Source of the DNA: a virus
Lineage: Duplodnaviria; Caudoviricetes
Strand: one strand, 5' to 3'
Virus record (IMG/VR): IMGVR_UViG_3300020048_000105
Location: 1-64,000 of that record
Length of the DNA stretch: 64,000 nt
The number at the start of each line of letters is the position of its first letter. Position 1 is the first letter of the stretch. This document shows positions 9,887 through 18,345 of the stretch, piece after piece. The notes below the pieces were generated by a model. That model saw only the letters and a program-made list of their open reading frames with translations. It did not search any database and was not told where the DNA came from. The position numbers and the translations under genes were made by a program.

Positions 9887-10003
9887 ATGCCAAAGTCAAA
9901 TTCTTATGTGAATCTTTTAAAGATTGAATGTGAGCATTGTCATAGAATTGTGCCGCTCAATATTTTTAATAGATGTCACGGTAAAAAATGTAAAATACAA
10001 TGA
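9887..10003 (+). CDS. 38-aa Cys/His-rich mini-ORF (not in ORF track), probable HEG C-terminal zinc-ribbon remnant
   Basis: MPKSNSYVNLLKIECEHCHRIVPLNIFNRCHGKKCKIQ; fills the gap exactly, ATGA overlap with the next gene. Confidence 0.5.
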   Translation: MPKSNSYVNLLKIECEHCHRIVPLNIFNRCHGKKCKIQ

Positions 10004-10302
10004 GCGGAGGAACATTCGACTACCGACAATATATGTTCGAAGACATCGCTGACCAGATAAAGCAGTATGTTGTCCAGAACGGCACCAAGCGCGAAGAACG
10101 AAGCTCATGGGAAGATGAGTACCGTCACAAGTATCCTGACGACATCATTCGGGAGTTCGAAAAAGCAGTAGAGCTCTTAGCGATTGTGAAAGTATACGTG
10201 AACCGCATCGATTACTTGCTGGCAGGTGACGATGGCGAGGAATCATTCAGGTCTCGTCTAAAAGAGGACCTATCAAAAATAAAGATCGACAATGGCTTTT
10301 AA
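10000..10302 (+). CDS. Hypothetical phage protein
   Basis: 100 aa ORF beginning MSGGTFDY. Confidence 0.7.
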   Translation: MSGGTFDYRQYMFEDIADQIKQYVVQNGTKREERSSWEDEYRHKYPDDIIREFEKAVELLAIVKVYVNRIDYLLAGDDGEESFRSRLKEDLSKIKIDNGF

Positions 10303-10322
10303 CAACAGATATAAATTGTGGC

Positions 10323-10359
10323 ATTCTTTCATGAATATATAAATTAAAAATGAAAGAAT
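10323..10359 (+). promoter_or_regulatory. AUG-sequestering hairpin with late promoter in the loop (GIY-YIG gene)
   Basis: ATTCTTTCAT (10323-32) is the exact reverse complement of ATGAAAGAAT (10350-59); ATATATA at 10335-41 lies in the loop. Confidence 0.75.
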
Positions 10360-11015
10360 TTAATTACATTTATATCATTTCCAATGTCGAAAATGGAAAG
10401 GGCTATGTAGGCACTCATGAAACAAATAATTTAAATGATGGTTATTTTGGGAGTGGTGTTTATTTAAAAAACGCCATTAAAAAACATGGTAAAGATAAAT
10501 TCGAAAAAAACATTATTGAGTTTTTTGATACTTATGAAGCGGCATTATTAAATGAAGAACATCATATAATAATAAATGATACATTATATCCTAATGGGTA
10601 TAATTTATCTTCAACGGGTGGCTTTAATTCATTTGTCAACGGCCACCATAATGATGAAACAAAGAAAAAAATGTCTATTTCCGCAACAGGAAAGCATCGA
10701 ATATTTTCAAAAGAGCATAAAGAAAAATTAAGTAAAGCTGCTGCTGATTGGCATAAAAATGTGGGGTTTTCTTCTGAAACCCGAGAAAGAATAAGTGCAG
10801 GAAATACAAATAAAATATGCACAGAAGAAGCAAGAGAAAATTATAAACGAGGAAATAAAGGAAAAAACATAGGCGTTGTACATTCTTTAGAAAGTAGACT
10901 GGCTGCTAGTGAAAAGTTAAAAGGCAAACCATCAAAAAATAAAGGGAAAATTCGTACAGATGAAGCTCGTAAAAATATGTCAATTGCTGCTAAAAATAGA
11001 AAAAAACATGTATAA
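10350..11015 (+). mobile_element. Free-standing GIY-YIG homing endonuclease (Seg-like) with NUMOD3-type repeats
   Basis: YIYIISNVENGKGYVG motif, repeated H..E.K.K.S units, AT-rich relative to neighbours. Confidence 0.88.
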
Positions 11016-11601
11016 TCAAAACTATAAAAAATGGCATAAACCTAACATGACAGGCACCAAGAAAGAGGGAGGAACGAGCTGGACGCACCAGGGATACTAC
11101 AAAGCTCAGAACCCGACAAAGTACATGGGCGATCCAAACCTCATCATCTTTCGCAGCTCATGGGAGCATGCGTTTTGCAGGTGGTGTGACTTCTCACCTT
11201 CGATCATTAGGTGGTCTTCAGAGCCGGTGAAAATTCCCTATTACGACAGAGTTTCAAAGCTGGAAGAATGTAAGAAACAAGGGTTGGACCCAAACAACCC
11301 GAGAAACTGGGTGATAAAGAACTACAACACGGACTTTTGGATCGAAGTTGACAAGGGCGAAGGAGTTACCGAGAGAATGTTCATTGAGATCAAACCATCA
11401 GGAAAACTACAAAAACCTAAGCCACCACCTGACAATGCACCTCTAAAGGTTCAAAGAAAGTTCGTTTCGTCAGCTAAGGAGTACCTCATCAATGAAGCGA
11501 AGTTTGCAGCATTAGGAGCTTGGGCAGCGAAGAACGATGCAAAGTTCTATGTGTTCACCGAAAAAACTTTAAAAGGATTATTGGGGAATTTTTTTACATA
11601 A
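11008..11601 (+). CDS. Head completion nuclease (T4 gp4-like); start revised to ATG 11008
   Basis: GYYKAQNPTKYMGDP, IFRSSWE, WSSEPVKIPY, FIEIKP motifs. Confidence 0.88.
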   Translation: MYNQNYKKWHKPNMTGTKKEGGTSWTHQGYYKAQNPTKYMGDPNLIIFRSSWEHAFCRWCDFSPSIIRWSSEPVKIPYYDRVSKLEECKKQGLDPNNPRNWVIKNYNTDFWIEVDKGEGVTERMFIEIKPSGKLQKPKPPPDNAPLKVQRKFVSSAKEYLINEAKFAALGAWAAKNDAKFYVFTEKTLKGLLGNFFT

Positions 11602-11607
11602 TGTATA

Positions 11608-11997
11608 ATGTTAAAAGTAAAAGAGTATTTAGATGAGAATTTCGCTCAAGAAGGAGAATGCACAGTAGAAGGAAGCAACAATGGTGTTTTTGGGTGTTGG
11701 AAATATCCAAAAGATTATAAGCCTATTCCTAATAGTGAATGGTACCCTGGTATAATCTGTAAAGATCATATACAATTGTGTATCAACAACGAAACAATTC
11801 AGACTGATAGGATATACATAGATGGTAAATATGTTTCGAAATATTCATATCTACAAACTTATCAACATATTCCGAGAGGAGAACCAGATGCAAATGGGTA
11901 TTATCGTAGAAGCACTGATGAAGAAGTTATTCGATACATTGATTCGTATCTACAACAAATAAAAGAACGAGAAAAATGCAAGACGCAAGCACAATAG
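11608..11997 (+). CDS. Hypothetical protein
   Basis: 129 aa AT-rich ORF. Confidence 0.6.
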   Translation: MLKVKEYLDENFAQEGECTVEGSNNGVFGCWKYPKDYKPIPNSEWYPGIICKDHIQLCINNETIQTDRIYIDGKYVSKYSYLQTYQHIPRGEPDANGYYRRSTDEEVIRYIDSYLQQIKEREKCKTQAQ

Positions 11998-12197
11998 ATC
12001 TAAACACTCTCGATTATGAGAACATCGTTATCGATGAGTACAGGCACGAACCAATTTCGTTCCCGACGTTCGATCCCAGTCGGGCAGTAAGCGTTACTGT
12101 AAACTCGGGCTATCCTTATACCAATCCATACGATTACTCACAGGAGTTCGAAGCACGCAAGATGCAACTCGCAAAAGCCAAAAGAAGAGGAATATAA
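11976..12197 (+). CDS. Hypothetical small protein
   Basis: 73 aa ORF, TAATG coupling to the next gene. Confidence 0.55.
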   Translation: MQDASTIDLNTLDYENIVIDEYRHEPISFPTFDPSRAVSVTVNSGYPYTNPYDYSQEFEARKMQLAKAKRRGI

Positions 12198-12889
12198 TGG
12201 AAGCGCCCAAAGACACTTATGAACGAAACAAACACATAACTGACATAGAGGACGTGGCGTTCAATCGTTTGTTTGAGAACTACTTAAAGCTAAACCTCAA
12301 AGGACCCCAAAAGCTTATAGACGTTGACTCTACGGACCAAGAGAGTGTGCTGAGAGACAGAGCGGCAGGAAGACCTTTTCCAGGAATGATCTATACATTC
12401 ATTCATATTAATAAGAAAAATCCGGTAACATTAACAGCTCGTCAGACAGGAAAAACAATGGAGTTTCATGATATTACTCCTATGCTTTTTTGCACATCGT
12501 TCAACCCGCAAACTGGCCTCATAAAGGGTCTCAACCTAAACATGATGCCTCCTGATGCCAGACTTAAATTTCTACAAGTGTTCTGGGAGCAATACAAAGA
12601 CATATTCAATCGAATAGAGGAACTCACAGAATACAACAAGAACGCGCTCAACAAGAAATACATATCCGATGCAATAGCAGGAAAGAACCCTGCACTGTTC
12701 AAGATGTTTAGTGAAAAGCAGAACTCACCCTTTGGTTTCGCTTATCGATCGTACGAGTTAAGGAACTGCGCAAACTTTCGAATGATAGAAATAGAACAAT
12801 GGCAATACATACCATTTTTTAATGCCCAACAATCATTCAAGAAGATGCAGACATCGAAAATCTACGATATGTACAATAGGGAAAAATAG
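12197..12889 (+). CDS. DNA end protector (T4 gp2-like)
   Basis: PGMIYTF, DITPMLF, GLNLNMMPPDARLKFL and AYRSY blocks resemble gp2; gp4-gp2 adjacency as in T4-like phages. Confidence 0.75.
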   Translation: MEAPKDTYERNKHITDIEDVAFNRLFENYLKLNLKGPQKLIDVDSTDQESVLRDRAAGRPFPGMIYTFIHINKKNPVTLTARQTGKTMEFHDITPMLFCTSFNPQTGLIKGLNLNMMPPDARLKFLQVFWEQYKDIFNRIEELTEYNKNALNKKYISDAIAGKNPALFKMFSEKQNSPFGFAYRSYELRNCANFRMIEIEQWQYIPFFNAQQSFKKMQTSKIYDMYNREK

Positions 12890-12924
12890 TGGAAATATAT
12901 ACACTATAAATAAAAAGTTAACAG

Positions 12925-14694
12925 ATGGCAGGATATTCGCTCAAGAATCTGGACAGGGGACAAACCTCGTTCATTCAAAACATACAACGCAACATTCGTT
13001 ACCTATCATTAATGGGTATGAAATTCGATCAGAAAGTGATCAAGCAGTCCAAAGCGATTGGTATCTCCGAAGATCAAGAAGACTCAATGTACAGCCTCTA
13101 CGGCCAGCACCAGATGGCATCTGGTATGGACATTGGCCAGAAAGAATTTATTGCGTTTTTCGACAAAGAATACCCAACTCGTAGAGACTTTCTTAGAAGG
13201 TTCGCAATGAACGGTGAGATCGAGCACGTTCTCGAAGTAATAGCTGATGAAACAATCATATTGGACGATGCAAACTTCTTTGCATACCCAAACACAAGAA
13301 AGCTCAAGTCTGTGATAAAAGCAGAGAAAGCTAAAGAGATCATAGACGACCTTAACGAAGCATTTAAGAAAGTTTACTTCGCATACGGATTCAACAGCGG
13401 CCACGACGCATGGCACTACGCAAAGAAGTTCCTCATCGACGGGTTCCTTGCATTCGAAATCATCTACGACGGTGAGGGCGAAGCAGACGCTAAGAACATC
13501 TTAGGCTTCAAAGAGCTTGACCCAATAACTCTTGAGCCTGAAATGAGAAAAGACGCAGACGACAACGAGTATCGCATCTGGATTCAGTTCAGAGGAGACT
13601 CAGAACGCCAGAGAGAGCTAGTAGACGCAAACCTCATCTACATCTCATGGGCTCGAGGAAACTTCATATCTCGCCTATCATACGTTGAGAGGCTCGTTCG
13701 TTCATTCAACATGCTTCGTACGCTTGAGAACTCACGTATCATATGGAACGTTATCAACTCACAGTACAGGATGAAGATCATCGTTCCTATCGGAACTCAA
13801 TCTGAGGTAAAGGCAAGGACGAGGCTCTCGGAACTTAGAGGTATGTACAAGGAAGACGTTACTATCGATTACCACTCAGGTGAAGTAACAATCAACGGAA
13901 CACCTAACTTCTCGTTCGCAAAGCAGTACATCATTCCTTCAAAAGATGGCCAACAGACCGAAATCGATTCGGTGGCTCCATCAGGGTATGACCTCACAGG
14001 TACCATGGCACTCGATTACTTCTGGAAGCGTTTCATCATCGAAACTAAAGTTCCTGCAGACAGGTTCTCATCTCAAAGCGGCGAAGCTGGCGGTGGAGGA
14101 GAATCAAACTGGTCGACAGGAGGAGATTCAATCGCAAGAGAGGAAATTCGTTTCAACTACTTCATCAACAGGATTCGTTCAATACTCCAAGAGATCATAC
14201 TCAAGCCTACATGGATCCAGTTCTGCTTGAAATACCCAATGTTCGCACAGGACAAAGCATTAAAAGGAGCAATTGGGCTCGAATTCTGTGAGGAGAACCT
14301 CTTCACTGAAGCGAAGAAACGCCAAGTAGATTCCAAAGGTGCAGAGATGGTTGAAAAACTCATGGGCATAAAGGAGCCTGACGTTGCTCCTGACGGAACG
14401 ATAAGTGAAAAACCTTATTTCGATGCCAAGTTCTTGGTAGAGAAATACATGGACTACACAGACGACGACAACAAACTAAACGTCAAGTACAAGAAAGAAA
14501 GAGACGAACAGCTAACAAGGAAGGCAGCCGCAATGAAGAGAATCGCCACAGCACAAGGCGCAGCAGAAGGCGGTGGAATGGACATGGGAGCAGCAGGAAT
14601 GGACATGGGAATGGGTGGAGGAGAAATAGGAGGAGGACCTGAGCCTGAGGGTGGAATGGGAGGTGGAGAAATGGGTGGAGAACTAGGAATGTAA
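12925..14694 (+). CDS. Portal protein (T4 gp20-like)
   Basis: SYVERLVRSFNMLRTLENSRIIWNVINSQYRMKIIVPIG and related gp20 blocks; preceded by ATATATA (12895) and TATAAATA (12905-12). Confidence 0.92.
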   Translation: MAGYSLKNLDRGQTSFIQNIQRNIRYLSLMGMKFDQKVIKQSKAIGISEDQEDSMYSLYGQHQMASGMDIGQKEFIAFFDKEYPTRRDFLRRFAMNGEIEHVLEVIADETIILDDANFFAYPNTRKLKSVIKAEKAKEIIDDLNEAFKKVYFAYGFNSGHDAWHYAKKFLIDGFLAFEIIYDGEGEADAKNILGFKELDPITLEPEMRKDADDNEYRIWIQFRGDSERQRELVDANLIYISWARGNFISRLSYVERLVRSFNMLRTLENSRIIWNVINSQYRMKIIVPIGTQSEVKARTRLSELRGMYKEDVTIDYHSGEVTINGTPNFSFAKQYIIPSKDGQQTEIDSVAPSGYDLTGTMALDYFWKRFIIETKVPADRFSSQSGEAGGGGESNWSTGGDSIAREEIRFNYFINRIRSILQEIILKPTWIQFCLKYPMFAQDKALKGAIGLEFCEENLFTEAKKRQVDSKGAEMVEKLMGIKEPDVAPDGTISEKPYFDAKFLVEKYMDYTDDDNKLNVKYKKERDEQLTRKAAAMKRIATAQGAAEGGGMDMGAAGMDMGMGGGEIGGGPEPEGGMGGGEMGGELGM

Positions 14695-14714
14695 CAAAAA
14701 TAAAGGATAAAAAC

Positions 14715-15134
14715 TTGGAATACGAAGCATTAAAAGTAGCTAGCATTATCGCAAGCTTAATAGCGATATCGATTCTTTATCCTCTCGGAGATTCGATGAA
14801 AATTAAATGGTCACAAGAAAGAGAGAGGCAGGCCTCGCTGTCCGCTACAGAAAGAAACTACAATAAAGCTAAGAAGCTTAGCAACATGTGGCATGCCATA
14901 GGATTCTGGATGCGAACTTTCGTGCTGGTGATTTTTGTATTCTCAGGAGGACTTCTTTGGGGATTTGTAGGGTTGATTCTCATATCATTTGGTCACAACA
15001 TCATGATTCAGATAGCGCTGAAACAACCTTGGTACAAGATAGGAACAACGGCAAAGACAGATATCTTTTTAAGAAAAGTTTGGACTTGGATCGTTACTCA
15101 GTATAATAAAATCATCACCAAATTAAAAAAATAA
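14715..15134 (+). CDS. Membrane protein (about 3 TM segments)
   Basis: Hydrophobic stretches; TTG start uncertain. Confidence 0.6.
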   Translation: MEYEALKVASIIASLIAISILYPLGDSMKIKWSQERERQASLSATERNYNKAKKLSNMWHAIGFWMRTFVLVIFVFSGGLLWGFVGLILISFGHNIMIQIALKQPWYKIGTTAKTDIFLRKVWTWIVTQYNKIITKLKK

Positions 15135-15176
15135 TTAAAAAAGTGTTAAATATTGTTTTTTCGTATAGAAAAAGAT

Positions 15177-15184
15177 TATATTTG
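15177..15184 (+). promoter_or_regulatory. Bacteroidota-type -7 element TAnnTTTG, candidate tmRNA-precursor promoter
   Basis: TATATTTG in AT-rich intergenic DNA, followed by a UUCG hairpin (15204-15219). Confidence 0.5.
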
Positions 15185-15274
15185 CATTAAGAAAGGTAAA
15201 CACAATAGTTTCGGCTATTAAAGATAATGAGCATTCGTTGATAGCATTGGCGGTAGTTCACTTTACAGCATCTC

Positions 15275-15310
15275 CACATGAATATATAAATTAAACTATG
15301 TATTCATGTG
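15275..15310 (+). promoter_or_regulatory. AUG-sequestering hairpin overlapping late promoter (endonuclease gene)
   Basis: CACATGAATATATA (15275-88) pairs with TATGTATTCATGTG (15297-15310), one G-U; ATG at 15298 is in the stem. Confidence 0.75.
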
Positions 15311-16038
15311 AAGAATGTAATTTAGAATTTCAAACATTTCAAGCTAAGGCTAATCATCATAGGTGGCAACATCTAAAATATGCTTATAAAAATGCGGAAA
15401 TAAAAAATAATACTTCTATCAAATTTTCATTAGCGAATGATAGGCGTTTTGGGAGTTTTATTGAAGAAGATGTTATTTGTAGCAAAGAATTGTGTACAAA
15501 CATAATTCATGTCAAATATAGAGAATCAAAAAAGAAGGCTAAGTATTTTTGTTCGATCAAATGTAGAAATGCTCACATACATTCTGTTGAAAGTAAAGAA
15601 AAATGTAGTAAAGCCGTGGCTAAAGCATGGAAAGATGGCAAATACGACACTGATTCATTCAACGAAAAACAAAGCACAAATAGAAAATTTTCGTCAAAAA
15701 TTGAAAGATCAATTACAAAATATTTTAAAGATACGTATCCTGCTTATGGATGGAAATCTGGCGGACAACTAATTTTTCAAAATGTCAGAATATCACGAGA
15801 TTTATATTCAGATATTCTTAAAATTTGTTTTGAATATGATGGAGTATGGCATTTTAAAGACATCAATGGTCAATTAAAAGAAAAGCGTCAAAAAGACACA
15901 ATTTTAGAAAATTGGTGTATCGAAAATAACTATCGTTTAATTCGTATAGATGAAAATGATTTTAAAGATTTTAAACAAATAGAACAATTGTTCTTTGAAA
16001 ATACTAATCCTATCATAAAAATAGGAAATCGATATTGA
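15298..16038 (+). mobile_element. Putative homing endonuclease: Zn-finger N-terminus plus Vsr/DUF559-like PD-(D/E)xK domain
   Basis: CEECNLEF...H..W.H zinc finger, CS..C motifs, DLYSDILKICFEYDGVWHFKD and RLIRI; AT-rich. Confidence 0.72.
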
Positions 16039-16042
16039 GATC

Positions 16043-16283
16043 GTTGGGAAACTAACTTATCTATCTGCAATGCAGGTCTGAAACACCCGGGTTCGAGTCC
16101 CGGCAGGTCCACTTTTATTAAAATTCTTAGGGCTTGACATGGAATTGACTTCATATTTGTGCAATAGTGACAAATTTCAATTACAATAAATGCAAACACA
16201 TTTATGAACACCGAGATGATGATGGCAGCGTAAGCTCCATCTTAGTCGGCGGAGAGGAGTGGCTGAGGTCGCTACCTCTCCGT
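16043..16283 (+). ncRNA. ssrA: tmRNA, circularly permuted (two-piece): acceptor piece ends 16111, 18-nt spacer, coding piece starts 16130. 5' boundary uncertain
   Basis: T-arm CCGGG-TTCGAGT-CCCGG (16087-16103); acceptor CAGGTCC-A pairs with GGGCTTG (16130-36) including G3-U70; D-loop GGAATTGAC; helix 2 between 16150-68 and 16061-82; resume context ATAAAT-GCA-AAC; tag 16192-16233. Confidence 0.92.
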
Positions 16284-16294
16284 AATTTTTTTTT
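16249..16294 (+). terminator. Long hairpin plus poly-T ending the tmRNA coding piece
   Basis: CGGAGAGG-AGTGGC-TGAG-GTCGCT-A-CCTCTCCG followed by AATTTTTTTTT. Confidence 0.75.
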
Positions 16295-16343
16295 GCTAAA
16301 TCTATCGAAAGATTGAGAATATATACTAAAAATAATAACGTCT

Positions 16344-16949
16344 ATGAGAGCAGGAAATTTTAATATCAATGACTATCTTGATAAACTATACGAAGCCGCT
16401 GAAGAGCAAGAAGCAAAGGAGAACGAAACGAAGGGAAAGGAAACAAAAGAAGCCGCTTCTGGTGTAAGTGATAGTGAAGGCTTGATTCTCCCAGAGGAAA
16501 ACAAAAAGACATACAATTGGCTTAAGAAAGAATACAACGCCGGAAAGACAGAAGTAAAGGTCGAAATGAAAATGGGCGGTGCAAAGTTTGAACCGGGCTA
16601 TGACCTCCAGACTGACCTCAAGTCCGTTAATGACTTCAAGCCGGGAATGTTCGGCGAAGTAAAGACCGTTGACACACCAGGTGCCGACAAAACTAACAGC
16701 CCAGGTGCTCCTAACAGTCCCAACCTCACTTCAAAAGGAGGCAATCCAAATGCTAACACATCCAAACCTGCGCCTGCAAAGCCAGTTACATCACCAGCAC
16801 CCGCAGGTGGAGCAAAACCTTTCGAAAAAGGCAAGGCTCCTGAAACTTCTGGAAAGAATCCGAATATAAGCAATAAGGAAGGTGGAGAAAAGGGAGAAGG
16901 AGAAAAAACGGAAGTAAAAAAAGTCGATCTCAAAACTAAGAAGAAATGA
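16344..16949 (+). CDS. Hypothetical protein, charged N-half and Pro/Gly-rich disordered C-half
   Basis: 201 aa ORF behind ATATATA (16319-25). Confidence 0.7.
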   Translation: MRAGNFNINDYLDKLYEAAEEQEAKENETKGKETKEAASGVSDSEGLILPEENKKTYNWLKKEYNAGKTEVKVEMKMGGAKFEPGYDLQTDLKSVNDFKPGMFGEVKTVDTPGADKTNSPGAPNSPNLTSKGGNPNANTSKPAPAKPVTSPAPAGGAKPFEKGKAPETSGKNPNISNKEGGEKGEGEKTEVKKVDLKTKKK

Positions 16950-17275
16950 TAAATGACAACGTGCTAGGCGACAGGCTTAACGCACACCTAAATAAGCCAG
17001 CGGAAACACAAACACAAGCTGACACCACAAAAGATTCTAACATAAAACGACAGTCGGCTTTGCAACTCTTAGCCGACTCGTTTGATGCTATCTGGTCGCT
17101 TCTTTCAATATTCGTAACCGCTTTCGTTTTAGGATTTGCAATCAGGACAATATCAGGCACAGGCTGGACATTCATAGAGTATATGATAATTGGCGTCGCA
17201 GTAAACACTGTGATGACATATGTGCATAACTTAATACATGGAATGCCAAAGATAAAAATAAATTCAATTAAATGA
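16946..17275 (+). CDS. Small membrane protein (2 TM)
   Basis: 109 aa, ATGA overlaps at both ends. Confidence 0.65.
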   Translation: MINDNVLGDRLNAHLNKPAETQTQADTTKDSNIKRQSALQLLADSFDAIWSLLSIFVTAFVLGFAIRTISGTGWTFIEYMIIGVAVNTVMTYVHNLIHGMPKIKINSIK

Positions 17276-17871
17276 CCAAATTCGTAGGATATCGTGCATG
17301 GCTCACAGAGAAAGCCACAGCAGAGCTTTTCAACCCTGTAAAGAGAGGCAAGCAATATAAGTTCAGCCCACAACAGCACCCTGAATTGGCACCTGAACTC
17401 TACGATCTCATAACTACTGCTTACGCAGAGCTAGGAGGCCACCTGAAAATCAAAGACCCCTCTGACGTTGTAAAGAACACAGAGTGGAACTACTGGGAAG
17501 GAACGGACATCCACGGAACACCTGACTTTGACATCATAATGTTTGGACAGAAGACACCTTACGGCGTAAAGTTCTCGGGTGTGGGGCACGATGGCGAAAA
17601 GGACAGCAAACGCGCATACTTGGACCAGCGAGGAAAGGACTTGAAAAAGCCTGGATTCTTCCTCGAGTGCTCAGGAAAGCTCGCAGAAATACTCATCAAC
17701 AAGTACGGGTGCCCAACCGTGGACGACCCAGAAGAAGTAAAGAAGATCATTCCTACCATGTCAAAGTGGATAGGAGAATACCCTGAACACTCAGGAAAGG
17801 GGTGGTACGAGAGACCTATCGGTGGCCAAGTTCACAAGAAAATTGTAGTAGGAAGACCTAAAAACGTATAA
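17272..17871 (+). CDS. Hypothetical phage protein
   Basis: 199 aa ORF, core-like codon usage. Confidence 0.7.
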   Translation: MTKFVGYRAWLTEKATAELFNPVKRGKQYKFSPQQHPELAPELYDLITTAYAELGGHLKIKDPSDVVKNTEWNYWEGTDIHGTPDFDIIMFGQKTPYGVKFSGVGHDGEKDSKRAYLDQRGKDLKKPGFFLECSGKLAEILINKYGCPTVDDPEEVKKIIPTMSKWIGEYPEHSGKGWYERPIGGQVHKKIVVGRPKNV

Positions 17872-17874
17872 ATC

Positions 17875-18345
17875 ATGAACATCGCATTTTTTCACGGATT
17901 GGAGTCGCCGCCCGTATCAGACAAGACGGAGTTCCTCGAACAGTTCGACGCCTGGTGCCCGCCAATGGACTACTACGATCCCAAGCTTTTCGATAGGATT
18001 CTAAACGAGCTACAGAACAACAACACAGAGCTTCTAGTAGGTTCGTCAATGGGAGGCTGGTTTGCATATTGTCTATCAACTCTAACAGACATTCCTACAC
18101 TTATTTTCAACCCAGCGTTGAACCAGCGAACATTCAGTCCAAAGGTATACCGAGGAGACTTCGAACCGAAGCAGACTTTGATACTTGGCATATTCGACAA
18201 CATCATCGATATAGACAAGACCGAAGAGTGGTTGGACACCAACAAGATCGAGAACTACGAAATACACTACGAAATGATGGGCCACAGAACGCCAATCGAC
18301 ATATTCACAAAATGGGTAAACAAAACAGTAAATGAGCAAAGCTAA
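17875..18345 (+). CDS. YqiA/YcfP-like alpha/beta hydrolase (esterase)
   Basis: FFHGLES, nucleophile elbow LVGSSMGG, FNPA, C-terminal GH. Confidence 0.8.
   Translation: MNIAFFHGLESPPVSDKTEFLEQFDAWCPPMDYYDPKLFDRILNELQNNNTELLVGSSMGGWFAYCLSTLTDIPTLIFNPALNQRTFSPKVYRGDFEPKQTLILGIFDNIIDIDKTEEWLDTNKIENYEIHYEMMGHRTPIDIFTKWVNKTVNEQS

Noticed and set aside
15190-16060. Group I intron carrying the endonuclease
   Set aside because: No recognisable P/Q/R/S core or P7 pairing, and too little non-coding sequence 3' of the ORF; an Infernal search would settle it.
16087-16112. Stand-alone tRNA gene suggested by GGTTCGAGTCC
   Set aside because: No D-arm or anticodon arm upstream; the complementary 5' acceptor strand lies downstream, so it is part of the permuted tmRNA.
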